A stretch of DNA of 64,000 bases from Candidatus Doudnabacteria bacterium. Lineage in GTDB: Bacteria > Patescibacteriota > Doudnabacteria > UBA920. A program made the translations under genes and the position numbers. Below the pieces are notes generated by a model. It saw only the letters and a program-made list of their open reading frames with translations, was not told where the DNA came from and ran no database searches. Within the stretch, counting starts at the first letter, position 1. Every line of letters begins with the position of its first letter. The stretch covers positions 297,036 to 361,035 of the forward strand of contig CAWINB010000001.1 in the NCBI GenBank assembly GCA_963837465.1, given 5' to 3'. Shown here piece by piece: positions 43,625-54,644 of this stretch.

Positions 43625-46171
43625 TTAGTAGCGTGTATTGCTTGCCAACTTCTCCTGCATAGTCTTTAAATCACTTTGCAGTTGTTGCCAACGTTGATAA
43701 ACTTGGGCTTGCGGTTCTGTCAGCTGTTGATCGCGCAAGACCTGTAGCTCTGCCCGTAAATTTTCTAAAAATTGGTCGACGTTTTGGCTTTTTGACATTA
43801 TTTCCAATTGCCGCGAGTCAAACCGCAGACCGTTTTTGACTTTTTCGGCAAGCAAAGTTGCCAATTCCCCGACTCTATCCAAGTCCGCTTTTGCTTGGTC
43901 TTGTTTTTGAACTTTAGCATCCCAAGCATTTAAGTCCATTTCCATAGCGGCCACATCTTTACGGGCCTGGGCTATTTTTCCAGTTAAGTCAACTCTGATT
44001 TTCCTGCTTTCAAAATCGCTTATTTTTTTATTTAAAGCATCGCGCCGTTGTATTAAATCGCTTCTTGAGAGATACTTTTGTTTAAAACCCTCTATTGGCT
44101 GTTCGCCGCTGTCTCTTTGGGGTTGATAGCCCTCTATGGCACGGGTGGCGTTTGTATAATTTTCCCGGGCCATCGCATCTTCAATATAAATTTGGCTGGA
44201 ATTTGTACCGGCGCTGTCGTAAATCCTGATTGTCGCGGCGTGATTGGCAACGCGAGCCAAACTTCTTTCGATATCGCTCATACTGCCAAAACTGCGGGCC
44301 ACTTCATTATTGGCCTTAACCTGTCGGGCTTGCCGGAGCAAGTCTCGTGTCCGGGGTCCGTTTTCCAAACTACGCAAGTCGAGTTTGGCCCAGCCAGCGT
44401 CCATTCCCACACCAACTTTTTCCAAAACTTGTTGGGTTTTTGTCTGAGCATCCATTACCGCTCGGTTAATAATCCCTCTGACATTGCTTAAATGACCGGC
44501 TTTGGCAAAAACCTGGTAAACAGATCTTGGCATTGTCAGGTATTGATTATCTATGTAAGAAGGTTCCAAATGCCGCTGCCGCATTTCCGCCGGGATATGG
44601 GCATTAATCTGGCCAATAGCGACATAGTTTCGACTACCTGACAAAAAAGCTTTTTTATCTGGAACCTCTTCTAAAGCCTGATAAAAAGCATTGAGCAGCG
44701 CCTGCCACGCTTCCAGCTGCTGCTTAACGTAGCCAGGCTGGATTATGTCTGTCTTTATTGGTTGGCTTTCGATCCCCCTATCTGAATAAGAAATTTTTTC
44801 CATCCCAAAAGCTGTGACTCCGCCCCAACTATTTTCCACGCCTTGCGAAATAACGTCAAACTTGCCGACTATGCCAGTATTATCCAATGACTGATGGGCT
44901 CCGCGGTTCGCGAACATATCGCGGGCACTTGCCACACCCATTTCCCGCCCCACATTATCTAAAAGGTCATTCAAATTTCGGCTAAACAGGGGAGGACCCG
45001 CTTGCTGCGAATACTGATCTTGAAAATTTTCAGTCCACTTTTTATCAGTTTCATGAATTTTATCTATAACTCCACTGAGTTGCGATCTTAGCTTTCGCTC
45101 CAAATCTTCCTCGGCTTTTTTTGCCGCTTTTACCTGGTTGCGACCGGGTTCAAAAACCGTATCAAAATACCGGATTTGATCTTTTACTTCCTGTAAATTC
45201 ACAACTCCAAGCCTGGCAGCTTCCCTTTCTTCGTATTCGCCGCTTATCTTATTTCCCAAAGCTTCCAAAAACGACTTTTTTACTTCGGCTCGTCCAATAA
45301 CTTTTTCGCCTTCCAAAACATTGTGGGACAAAAAATCCACACGCCCCAATGAAGCGAAATTTATAACTTCATTTTTGTAAGAACGCCATAAATGTTCTGT
45401 ATCCTGACTCACAAGCTTTTTAGCTGCCGCCTGCCTTTTGCCTTCGGTGGAATTGGGAAAAAGCTCTTCGTACTGTTTACGAAAAGCCGCCTGTCTAGCT
45501 TCCAAAGCGGAAATTAAAGTATCAAAGGTTATTGCCCGCCTGCCACTTGGAGTTTCAGGAATATCCGCCCCCGCTCTGGCGGCAACGGCGGCATCCGCCT
45601 TAGTCCTGGGTCCACCGTGGTCAAGGTTGTGCCGTTTTGGGACGCGAGGCTGTTCTTGTCCGGGCTCGCCGCTGGGATGGGCTTTTAAAAATTCCAAAGC
45701 CTGATGCTTGGACCCTAAACCTTTTTCTGTTTGAGGATTCAGCTCTGCGGCGCTTTCGGCCATTCCCTTTTCCGCCTCCAAGTAAGCCTGGGCTTCTTCA
45801 CCTTGGGGAAGCTTCGCGACCAGACTTTCTACGGAACTAATACCCTGCTCACTTAAAAATTGTTCAGGGTCTAAGCCGACATCTCTTAAGATACGCTTAA
45901 AAGCGGAATCCGGACTATTTAGTTGTTCTTTCAGAATTCTTTCATGGTCAGCAAAGCTGGTTTTGTGTCCGCGGCGTTTTTGCAGGATTCGTTTTTTTGC
46001 TTCGCGTACTTCCCGTAACCCTTCTACAATTTCCCCTACCTTTATGATGCTCGATTTTAGCTCGTCAATCCTTTGGTCTGCCTGTTCCTGAACAGACCTT
46101 TCTTTTTCCTCTGTAGCAACATTGGCGCGTTCCCGGGCCATCGCGGCTAAACGTTGTTCTATTGAACCCAT
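43625..46171 (-). CDS. Large coiled-coil-rich hypothetical protein (848 aa)
   Basis: Long Glu/Lys/Arg-rich heptad-like segments; no enzymatic motif recognised. Confidence 0.5.
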   Translation of the reverse strand: MGSIEQRLAAMARERANVATEEKERSVQEQADQRIDELKSSIIKVGEIVEGLREVREAKKRILQKRRGHKTSFADHERILKEQLNSPDSAFKRILRDVGLDPEQFLSEQGISSVESLVAKLPQGEEAQAYLEAEKGMAESAAELNPQTEKGLGSKHQALEFLKAHPSGEPGQEQPRVPKRHNLDHGGPRTKADAAVAARAGADIPETPSGRRAITFDTLISALEARQAAFRKQYEELFPNSTEGKRQAAAKKLVSQDTEHLWRSYKNEVINFASLGRVDFLSHNVLEGEKVIGRAEVKKSFLEALGNKISGEYEEREAARLGVVNLQEVKDQIRYFDTVFEPGRNQVKAAKKAEEDLERKLRSQLSGVIDKIHETDKKWTENFQDQYSQQAGPPLFSRNLNDLLDNVGREMGVASARDMFANRGAHQSLDNTGIVGKFDVISQGVENSWGGVTAFGMEKISYSDRGIESQPIKTDIIQPGYVKQQLEAWQALLNAFYQALEEVPDKKAFLSGSRNYVAIGQINAHIPAEMRQRHLEPSYIDNQYLTMPRSVYQVFAKAGHLSNVRGIINRAVMDAQTKTQQVLEKVGVGMDAGWAKLDLRSLENGPRTRDLLRQARQVKANNEVARSFGSMSDIERSLARVANHAATIRIYDSAGTNSSQIYIEDAMARENYTNATRAIEGYQPQRDSGEQPIEGFKQKYLSRSDLIQRRDALNKKISDFESRKIRVDLTGKIAQARKDVAAMEMDLNAWDAKVQKQDQAKADLDRVGELATLLAEKVKNGLRFDSRQLEIMSKSQNVDQFLENLRAELQVLRDQQLTEPQAQVYQRWQQLQSDLKTMQEKLASNTRY

Positions 46172-46353
46172 ATATTTATTTATAATTTTATATTAAAGCC
46201 AATTTTAACAATAGTCATTATATTATAACAAAACTTTAATTTTTTGCCAGTAACCCAGGCAAAAACCCCAAATAAAGAGAGATTTAGGGAATTTTAGCCG
46301 CACTTAAGATAAAAACGCTCCCGGTTTAAGGAAGCGTTTTTGTAAAGGCTTTT

Positions 46354-47907
46354 TTATAGTTGCGTACCGGTAGTATAGCCGGAGATGTCCGCGGCTATGA
46401 CATTGCTTAAGCTGTAGCCCAGGGAGCTGAATATTGTTATAGAGGAAAACGGCAACTTTTGGCCGTCGGAAATAATGTAGGTTACGCCGTTTTGCGAAAC
46501 CAGGGTGCCGTCCCTGAATTTGACCAAAGAACCCGCTGGCAAAGCCATATCCGCGGCATTGGCAGGAACTACGCGGTCAAAGGTAAAACCATAACTGGTA
46601 AACACGGTTAAGGATTCAAAACCATCTCTCTGTCCGTCTAAAATCCACCACACAGTGCCGCTGTTGTCTCTGACCAAGGCGCCTTCCGGATGCGCGTCGG
46701 CAGCGGAAGTAATAGGCGTACCGGACGGATAATCGCTCAGGTTAATTTTGAACAAGCCGCTAATTGGCGCGGGGGAAGTACTGGAGCCTTTAACATAACC
46801 CAATCCCTGGAAAACCGCGTAAGAACTAAAGCCGCGCTTGGTGTAATTTTGACCGACCATATATACGGTACGATTATCGGATGTGTCGAGCGCCAAGGTG
46901 CCAACCATGGCTTTCATAATATCACCTTGCGGCAAAAGCTTGTCCGCGTCGCTTATGGGTACATCCTGGCTGAATTTATAGCCATAGGAAGCAAACTCCT
47001 GCGGATCGCGGAAGCCGTGCAACTGTCCGCCGGCAATTAAGTAAACCGTGCCGCCATCAAGCACCAAGGTCCCGTCGGGATGAGTTCCCCTGATGGTATT
47101 AAGACCCAAAACTTGACCTCGCGGGTTGTTGCCAAAATTTAAATTGCTGGCAGAGGTTGATGTGCTGGTTAGTGTTATCGTGTAAGCGTGATTGTCGGAG
47201 GAAGCAGACGGCTGGGTCTGGCCCCAGGGGGTGCTGGTGCTGTTTTGCAATACTTCGCGCACCGTGTAAGAACCAAGAGGAACGTTAAAAGAATAGTTGC
47301 CGCTGGAATTGCTAAGAGTGGATGTTTCCCCGCTATCTAAGCTGTCGTTGTTGTTGCTGTCCAAATAAACTGTCCAGCCGGGTAAGACATTATCCGTAGT
47401 AGTACTATAAAGCCCTGTGTCATTGTTATCTGAATAAACCAAACCGGAAATTGTACCGCTGGTTACTCCCCCGCCGCCGCCGCCGGATGAGCCGCTGCTG
47501 CTTCCCCCGGATGATCCGCCGCCGTTACCGCCCGGAGTATTAATAACATAAGCAAAGCTGGCTACGGTTGAAGAAGCGTTATTGGCGTAGCAGGATACGG
47601 CTTGTATGGTTTCGGATGATGCTACTGAAATAGCCGAAGTATAAAGCGTGCCGGTGCCGCAACCGGGAACAGTAACGCCGTCCGTGGTGTAATAAATAGC
47701 CGTGGTCGCGTTGTCACCGGTAAGCGCCACGCTTTGGGCGGAGCTATAAGTTCCGGCCGCCGGAGTGGCCACGGGCGGACTGGTTACCACCACCTGCGGG
47801 CCGCTGGATAAACCGGTAGACAGGGTTCCGGAAACAACGGACGCCCGAGCCGTAAATCCCGCGCCAAATCCCAAAACTATCAGCAAAGAACAAATATAAA
47901 TTTTCAT
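46354..47907 (-). CDS. Secreted surface protein with Gly/Ser linker and SdrD-B/Cna-B-like domain
   Basis: Signal peptide MKIYICSLLIVLGFGAGFTARA; GGGSSGGSSSGSSGGGGGG; LDSNNNDSLDSGE. Confidence 0.6.
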   Translation of the reverse strand: MKIYICSLLIVLGFGAGFTARASVVSGTLSTGLSSGPQVVVTSPPVATPAAGTYSSAQSVALTGDNATTAIYYTTDGVTVPGCGTGTLYTSAISVASSETIQAVSCYANNASSTVASFAYVINTPGGNGGGSSGGSSSGSSGGGGGGVTSGTISGLVYSDNNDTGLYSTTTDNVLPGWTVYLDSNNNDSLDSGETSTLSNSSGNYSFNVPLGSYTVREVLQNSTSTPWGQTQPSASSDNHAYTITLTSTSTSASNLNFGNNPRGQVLGLNTIRGTHPDGTLVLDGGTVYLIAGGQLHGFRDPQEFASYGYKFSQDVPISDADKLLPQGDIMKAMVGTLALDTSDNRTVYMVGQNYTKRGFSSYAVFQGLGYVKGSSTSPAPISGLFKINLSDYPSGTPITSAADAHPEGALVRDNSGTVWWILDGQRDGFESLTVFTSYGFTFDRVVPANAADMALPAGSLVKFRDGTLVSQNGVTYIISDGQKLPFSSITIFSSLGYSLSNVIAADISGYTTGTQL

Positions 47908-47940
47908 AATGGCTGTTGCTTAGTTAGTTTGATTGGTTAA

Positions 47941-50900
47941 TTATGGCGTGGTTTCAATGGCGTAGCTGTCGGAATAGGAACCCCCGGGAGTCCCAACCGG
48001 GACCCTGACTTCCACAATAACCTGGAACTGCCTGCCCTGGGAAACAGGGTCTAAGTCGGAATTTAGGTCAATCAGCGGCAGGCTGAACCCGTTGCTGTCG
48101 AGCGAAGAACTCTGAAATACCACGGCGTGGGCTTCGTCAGCGTGATCGGAAGATTGAGGCGAATAAAATTCAATGTTGGAATTAGCCGGGATGGTGGTAG
48201 TGCTGCTGCCCAGGAAATCCGTAAACTTCATTTGTAACTTGGTTTCCGCGGTCGGCGCGGTGGCGCTTAACTGCCATTTCCAGCCATCGGCAAAAGTGTT
48301 GTCCGGGGTAGCAAAGCTTTGGGTTAACGAAGTGCCGGTTACGGCCAAAACCGTACTGTCAGCCGCGGTATTAAAGGAGGTCGTAAAGTAATTACTGGAA
48401 AGGTGATTTCCGGATAAATCGGCAACGGCCGTAGTAACGGAAATATAATAACCAGTGCTGACAGCCAACGGGGCCGCAGGCTCAATAACGGCCCGGGTGC
48501 CGCCATTGGCCACAACAACGGTTGCCGGAACCACGCTGTTATCGGAAGTTTTGATAAGCTCAACATTGGTATTAGTCAAAGTTGTGGCATCCATAGCTTC
48601 GGAAAAATCTACGTAAGGCTGAACCGCCGGTGAAGCTGTGCTGGTAGCGGGAAGCGGATATTGGTCAATAACTGTAGGCAATACCGGAACAAGAGTTGTA
48701 AACGAACCGCCGGTGTATTGGCTTACTAAAGCATTACCGGCTAAATCCGTAACTGCTGTGGTTACAATCACGTGATAATTTGTATTCGCGCTTAACGCAC
48801 CAGTAGGCTCGATAATCGCCGTAGTGCCGCCATTAGCCACTACAACGGTTGCCGGGATAGCTGTGGCCGGAGCGGAATCGGCCACCAAATATACATTAGC
48901 CGGAATTAACGTTGCCACATTCATAGCTTCGGAGAAAGCCACGGTCGGCTGGACAGTTACAGCTACGCCGGTTGCGGCTGCAAGCGGAAATTGATTCTCA
49001 ACAGTCGGCGGAGTGACGTCGGCAGTGTTGGCCGCGGTGGTAAAGGAATTGGCCAGCGAAGAATAAGGCGCGGACATTGAAATGCCAAAGGATGACACCA
49101 CTCCATTCACAACGAAGTAGTAAGAGGTGCTGTAAAGCAAAGGCGACGTCGGAATTAGTTCCACTTGCGTGCCGCCGGAAACCAGGGAAATAGTCGCGGG
49201 TACGGAAACATCAGAAGTATTAGTGGAGGTGGAAACCTGCTGCATTAACTGAATATTTGCCGGGGTAATGCTGGTTGACAGTAAGGTTTTATTAAAGTTC
49301 ATGAATAACGGAGCGGTAACGGCCACCCCGGTAGCGCCCGAAGCCGGCACAGTAGTGGTTACAGTCGGCGGGTTGGGATCAACCGGAGTAAAGGTTACGG
49401 TTGTGGAACCCGGGGTTAAACTGCCGCTAATGGCGGATACATGTACCAACACGGCCGAGGTATCGGTTAAGCCAACAGTCGCTACGCCGGAAGACAAAGT
49501 CAAATTCGGCGAACCGGAGAACGCGCCGCCATTATCCGCGGAAACCGTAACAACACTGGCGCTGTTATTGGTCACAACATTATTATACTGGTCTTCACCC
49601 GTCACCGTAACAGTGCTGGATTGATTAGTCGGCAAAGAAACCGGATTGGCGGTAACAATTAACTGGCTGATGGGCGCGGGGTTAACAGTAACAGTAAAGC
49701 TGGTTGATGCAGCTTTGTTGCCCGCTTTGTCTTGGGAATTACAGGTTACAGTATTAACTCCAAGCGGGAAAAAGGAGCCGGAGGCCAACGAGCAGGTTAC
49801 CGGATCGGTAACATCTACTATGTCCGTAGCGGTTGGTAAAGTATATGTTACCGCGCTGGCGCCGCCTGTGGCATTGGCTACCACGACCATATTACCCGGG
49901 GTGCCGTTAATGGTTGGCGGAGTTGTGTCTACAACTGTGACGGCAAAAGTGGATGTGGCGGTATTGCTGTGGGCATCGGTAGATGTACAGGTTACGGTGT
50001 TGGCGCCAAAGTTAAAGGCGGAACCGGAAGCCGGATTGCAAATTACTGTAGTAGTTCCGTCAACTAAATCGGTGGCTGTGGGGTTGGTGTAAGTTACTAC
50101 CGTGGTAGTAGGCGAAGTAGCTTCGGCCGTTACGTCGTTGTGATGGGCAATAACCGGCGGGGTGGTATCAACTACAGTTACGGTAAAGGTTGTTGACGTG
50201 GCTACGTTATTGTGGTTGTCATGAGAAGCGCAGGTTACAGTAGTCGGGCCGAGGGGAAACGTAGAACCGGAAACCGGGCCGCAGGTTACGGGGTCGGTAA
50301 CATCAACCAAGTCTGTGGCTACCGGATTGGTATAGGTAACAACCGCGCCCACGGCGGAAGTGGCTTCGGCCGTTATGTCAGCTGTGGCGGCAATAACCGG
50401 AGGCGTATTGTCGGTAATGGTTACCAAAGAAGTTATAGTTGAAGTGTTGTGGGAAGCGTCCGTAGCTGTCCAGGTTACAACTTGGTTGGCTCCGACCGCA
50501 AAGCTGTGGGGAGCGTAGGTCACAACCGGCGCCGGGTCGACAAGGTCAACGGCAGTAGCCGGAACCAAGGTTGGTGTTGTCATTGGACCAGTGGCTTCAA
50601 AAGTTTGGTCCACAGGAGCGGTAATAACCGGCGGGGTGGTATCTACAACAGTAATAGTAAAAGTAACCGGAGTAGCGACGTTGCCGGCTAAATCGGTTTT
50701 GGTACAGGTTACTGTAGCTGTTCCCAAGGCAAAGGTGGAGCCGGAAGCTGGAGAACAAATTGACGGCAATGTGCCATCGTGGGCATCGGTAGAATTTGGC
50801 GCTGTGTAAGTTACAACCGCGCCACTGGGCGATGTGGCTTCAACTGCCGAGATATTTGCCATAGAAGCAATTACCGGAGCTACTGTGTCTTTAGTGGATG

Positions 50901-53247
50901 CAGCTGTTCCGGCAGGGCCGACGTTGCCCGCGGCATCGGTTAAAGTAGCGGAAACAGTTACGGGACCATCGGCAAGAGAAGTTAAATCCGCCGTAACATT
51001 AATATTACCCGAACCATCTACTGTGCTGGTACCGGTTACGTGGTTTGTGCCGTCGGTAAAATCATAACTAATTAAAGCATTGGCTTCGCCGCTGCCGGTT
51101 AAGTTTACGCTTGTTTGGCCGGCTTGGTTAATGTAGGTCGGCAAAATCAAAGTTGGCGCTACAGGCGGAGTTTTGTCAAAAGTTACGCTTGAGCCGTCGG
51201 TTACCGCCGAGACGTTTGCTCCCGTGTTACCGGCCAAATCGGCATACTTAATCAAGAACGGCACCAAGCCCGAGTGGTCATGACTTTGCATTACATAGCT
51301 GGCTGTCCATGATGTACCGCTGCCGGAAATGGTAGCGGAGCGGAAAGCAATTCCGGCAAAACCTGGCGTAATTGGCTCGCTGGAGGTAAAAGTTACAGTT
51401 ACGGTATCGCCGACTTTGGCCCAAACAGGGTTCGCGTTACTGGATTGAATGTGGACGGAAGTTAAAACTGGCCGCGTGGCATTTATGGTTTTTACAATAT
51501 CCATGCCGCCGTTTGGCGCGCTCACGTTACCCGCTTCATCTGTCATTGTGACGTTGGAAATTTGCAGGGAAGATGTCTGGTCGGCATTACCTTCGACGAC
51601 CGTATAGGTCGCGGTGTAAGTTACGCCTCCGTTGCTGGTTGACCAGGTTAAAGGAACGCTATTGTAAGAGCCTGTTACGGTATCGTAAGGTTCGGTAGTT
51701 GACGGCGTCAAAACAAAATGGATTTGGTCGCCAATTTTTAAAGCGCCGGGCGCTGTCGCGTCGGAAGTTATGGAAGAAATAACCGGAGCCGTGGTATCAA
51801 CTACATTGACTGTCCTTGTAACCTGGGTTGCGGGATTGCCGGAACTGTCGGAAACATTGTAAGTTACCGTGTAAGTGCCGACAATTTGTCCGGGTTCTTG
51901 AGCTGGGTGAAAAACAATAGTGTTGGTGTCTACCGGATTAACTGTGACAATACTGCCCGTAATATTGCCGTCTATATTATCATTGGCCGTGGCGCCGGCA
52001 TCGGTATAAGGAGTCCGGAATTCCACACTCGCGGTACCGGAACCGGCGAGGGTGATAACCGGATGGGTGGTATCTACAAAATGAATAACGTTGTCACCAG
52101 TTGTAGATAAATCACCGGGGCTGTCTGCCGTCAAAGTAATATCGCCTTTATAGTTATAAGTGAGGGTACAAGAAGCCACGTTCCCAACTGTCCGCGATGG
52201 AGCGTTGCTGGTACAACTAACAATCGGGGTACCAGTGGCAGAAGAACTTGAGAAGGACAGCCAAACTGGAGTATTATTTGCCACCGGATTTCCGTACTGG
52301 TCTGTTACACTTACGGCCAAATTTACCGTAGCGCCGCCCAGGCTTGCTTCTTGGGGATTTGGGTTGGCAACTATTGTAGCTTTGGTCGGAATACTGCCAT
52401 AAAATTGAACGGTCTGTGTGGGCAGTGTAATAGGACTGCCGTCTCCCGCAGTACCGATTGTCGCCGTAACTGTTTTTTCTTCCGCGAAACCTGATTCCAA
52501 AGTTATGGCAGTTTTGCCATTGGGATCGGTAAAAGATGAGTTTGTGCTAAAATGGTTATCGCTACCGGTAGCGGACAAAGAAACAGAATCATTGGGAACC
52601 GGATTGCCGAACCGGTCTTTGACTGTAATATCACAGGTAGATATGCCGCCCGCGGTTTGTGCATTTGGCTGGCAGGTAAAGCTTGAATTTCCTGCGTTTG
52701 GCGCGCCGGCGGTTTCGGTTAATAAAACCGGGTTGGTAACAGAGTAATCGGAGGGATTAGTTATGGAAGTTCCGTCGATGGTAATGCTTCCGGATGCCAA
52801 AGAAGTGCCGGCGGTGGGCAATACTTTAATATTTGACCAGGTTAAGGTATCGGCCTGCGCACTCATGGAAGAAACAACAAAAGTAATTTGGCTTTCTGTG
52901 GTCGTGGCATTTACCAGGTTGCCATTGGTTATACCGTTAATGTTTAAAACATGGAGATCGCTACCAGCAATATTTACCTGGACTTGGCTAGCTGTATCAA
53001 AAACAAAACCTTTGGGGGCATTTAGTGTGATAGTACCTTTTTGAAAAGTGTCCGCGCTGTTTTCTGCCATCTGAATTGTTCCAACATCCACACTTGTCCC
53101 GCTAACGAAATTATCCGCGGAAACCTGGACTGGCAGAGTTGGGGCGGAAACTAAAATTGTTCCGCTGGCATAGGCGGGAGCCGCTGTTAGCAAACCCGCG
53201 ACAATCACCGCTGCTGATAAAGTCAGGTTTATAAATTTGTTTCTCAT
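47941..53247 (-). CDS. Giant secreted surface protein (1768 aa) with repeated HYR/Ig-like domains
   Basis: Signal peptide ...AAPAYASG; at least 5 tandem about 85-aa repeats containing VVDTTPPVI...; Thr/Ser/Val-rich. Confidence 0.75.
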   Translation of the reverse strand: MRNKFINLTLSAAVIVAGLLTAAPAYASGTILVSAPTLPVQVSADNFVSGTSVDVGTIQMAENSADTFQKGTITLNAPKGFVFDTASQVQVNIAGSDLHVLNINGITNGNLVNATTTESQITFVVSSMSAQADTLTWSNIKVLPTAGTSLASGSITIDGTSITNPSDYSVTNPVLLTETAGAPNAGNSSFTCQPNAQTAGGISTCDITVKDRFGNPVPNDSVSLSATGSDNHFSTNSSFTDPNGKTAITLESGFAEEKTVTATIGTAGDGSPITLPTQTVQFYGSIPTKATIVANPNPQEASLGGATVNLAVSVTDQYGNPVANNTPVWLSFSSSSATGTPIVSCTSNAPSRTVGNVASCTLTYNYKGDITLTADSPGDLSTTGDNVIHFVDTTHPVITLAGSGTASVEFRTPYTDAGATANDNIDGNITGSIVTVNPVDTNTIVFHPAQEPGQIVGTYTVTYNVSDSSGNPATQVTRTVNVVDTTAPVISSITSDATAPGALKIGDQIHFVLTPSTTEPYDTVTGSYNSVPLTWSTSNGGVTYTATYTVVEGNADQTSSLQISNVTMTDEAGNVSAPNGGMDIVKTINATRPVLTSVHIQSSNANPVWAKVGDTVTVTFTSSEPITPGFAGIAFRSATISGSGTSWTASYVMQSHDHSGLVPFLIKYADLAGNTGANVSAVTDGSSVTFDKTPPVAPTLILPTYINQAGQTSVNLTGSGEANALISYDFTDGTNHVTGTSTVDGSGNINVTADLTSLADGPVTVSATLTDAAGNVGPAGTAASTKDTVAPVIASMANISAVEATSPSGAVVTYTAPNSTDAHDGTLPSICSPASGSTFALGTATVTCTKTDLAGNVATPVTFTITVVDTTPPVITAPVDQTFEATGPMTTPTLVPATAVDLVDPAPVVTYAPHSFAVGANQVVTWTATDASHNTSTITSLVTITDNTPPVIAATADITAEATSAVGAVVTYTNPVATDLVDVTDPVTCGPVSGSTFPLGPTTVTCASHDNHNNVATSTTFTVTVVDTTPPVIAHHNDVTAEATSPTTTVVTYTNPTATDLVDGTTTVICNPASGSAFNFGANTVTCTSTDAHSNTATSTFAVTVVDTTPPTINGTPGNMVVVANATGGASAVTYTLPTATDIVDVTDPVTCSLASGSFFPLGVNTVTCNSQDKAGNKAASTSFTVTVNPAPISQLIVTANPVSLPTNQSSTVTVTGEDQYNNVVTNNSASVVTVSADNGGAFSGSPNLTLSSGVATVGLTDTSAVLVHVSAISGSLTPGSTTVTFTPVDPNPPTVTTTVPASGATGVAVTAPLFMNFNKTLLSTSITPANIQLMQQVSTSTNTSDVSVPATISLVSGGTQVELIPTSPLLYSTSYYFVVNGVVSSFGISMSAPYSSLANSFTTAANTADVTPPTVENQFPLAAATGVAVTVQPTVAFSEAMNVATLIPANVYLVADSAPATAIPATVVVANGGTTAIIEPTGALSANTNYHVIVTTAVTDLAGNALVSQYTGGSFTTLVPVLPTVIDQYPLPATSTASPAVQPYVDFSEAMDATTLTNTNVELIKTSDNSVVPATVVVANGGTRAVIEPAAPLAVSTGYYISVTTAVADLSGNHLSSNYFTTSFNTAADSTVLAVTGTSLTQSFATPDNTFADGWKWQLSATAPTAETKLQMKFTDFLGSSTTTIPANSNIEFYSPQSSDHADEAHAVVFQSSSLDSNGFSLPLIDLNSDLDPVSQGRQFQVIVEVRVPVGTPGGSYSDSYAIETTP

Positions 53248-53479
53248 ATAATATTTTTCTCGGCGAATTTTTTACGCCTTAATTAAATTATTTTAAAAAT
53301 TAAAAACAAAAGCCGGGCTAAAAATTATTTAGGCTGGCTTTTGGTTTTAAGAAATTGTTTCCGGCTGGCATAATTAAAGAAAAACAAAAATTATACGCGT
53401 AAAAATAAACTATTTGGGAAATTTTTATTTTTCTTTTATTTTGAAATGTATTTTGATTATAGGCCATAGTTATAAGTTG

Positions 53480-54328
53480 TCAAGCAATTTTTCCTGTATT
53501 TTTGGAATTTTTTAAAAAATACCGCAAAAACTCTTTAGTTACGTTAAATTTTGTCAGTTTTTCAAAGCTTTCCAGCCCCGGGAAGCGGTTAACTTCCAAT
53601 ATATAGAGGCGGTTGTTTTTTTGCAGAATATCCACTTTGGCCAGTTCGCGGCCAAGGGTTTTGGAGGCGGCTTGGGCCAAGGCGGCTACTTTTGGGACGA
53701 CTGATGATTTAACGGCTTTGTAACTCTGAAAGTCAATCTTAAATCCCAAATCCGCAATCTTAAATCCCAGGATTACCGGCAACGTTTTATAGCCAACCGT
53801 TATAACTTTGTATTCATAATCCGCTTTTATAAATTCCTGGACCAGCCATTCTTTTTTAGGATGCGGGGGCAGCACTTTTTTAAATTCATCTCCGTTTTTT
53901 ATTATAAAAACATTCCTGGCCTTAAAACCATAATCCCATTTTAAAATGAGCGGAAACTCGTACTGCACTAATCCGCGGCCGCGGATTAGTGCAGTAGGCG
54001 GAATCGGCAGACCGGTTTTTTTTAATTTTTGGTAATCCGCCCATTTGCCCCGGCCTAAAATCCCGTCCGCGATGTTTGAGTCTACAACTTTTTTCCCCGC
54101 GGCTTTAAACTGTTTTGCCAGCTTTATAATTTGCGGCAAGTATTTGGCGCTGCCGTTTATGTAAGGGTTGCGGATGTATAAAGCTTTATAATCGGAAATA
54201 TTGACTTTAAATTTTTGCCTCCTAAAATCATCGGCGCTGATTATTTTGACGCCAACCCCCAAAGCTACGGCTTCTTTAAGCAGTCTTTTAGTGGCGTAAC
54301 TATTGCTTGAGGAAACAATTAAAATCAT
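53480..54328 (-). CDS. ATP-grasp fold protein (RimK/GshB-like ligase)
   Basis: LYILEVNRFPGLE; 282 aa; contains an in-frame 36-bp perfect palindrome at 53961-53996. Confidence 0.6.
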   Translation of the reverse strand: MILIVSSSNSYATKRLLKEAVALGVGVKIISADDFRRQKFKVNISDYKALYIRNPYINGSAKYLPQIIKLAKQFKAAGKKVVDSNIADGILGRGKWADYQKLKKTGLPIPPTALIRGRGLVQYEFPLILKWDYGFKARNVFIIKNGDEFKKVLPPHPKKEWLVQEFIKADYEYKVITVGYKTLPVILGFKIADLGFKIDFQSYKAVKSSVVPKVAALAQAASKTLGRELAKVDILQKNNRLYILEVNRFPGLESFEKLTKFNVTKEFLRYFLKNSKNTGKIA

Positions 54329-54644
54329 AAAAAGTTATCTTAAAATTCCAACCATACCATTCCGAGCGCAAGCGACTTGTCCGCCGTAGCTTTAGCGAAG
54401 GCGGAGGAATCCCTTTCCATAAAGAATTATCCTTGGATAAGGGATCCCTCACTCGGATGCTACTGTTCGGGATGATAAAAAATAGCGTTTCGCAATTCAA
54501 AGCCTCAAATGTCCGCCATAGGGGGATCGACCTTCGGTGGACATTCCGGATGGCTCAGCATAAATCCAACGCGTTACTAAACTTTAGCTTATTTTACCAC
54601 AAATCTCAATGTCGCAAAACGTTAAATCAAACTGTTGATATGTT

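Noticed and set aside
47941-53247. Numerous plus-strand ORFs of 70-190 aa inside the giant surface-protein gene and antisense to other long genes (for example 48173-52747, 32772-33519, 25203-25856, 17898-18627)
   Set aside because: Antisense frames of Thr/Ser/Val-rich or GC-biased coding regions stay open by composition. They have no RBS or motifs and are embedded in well-supported minus-strand genes.
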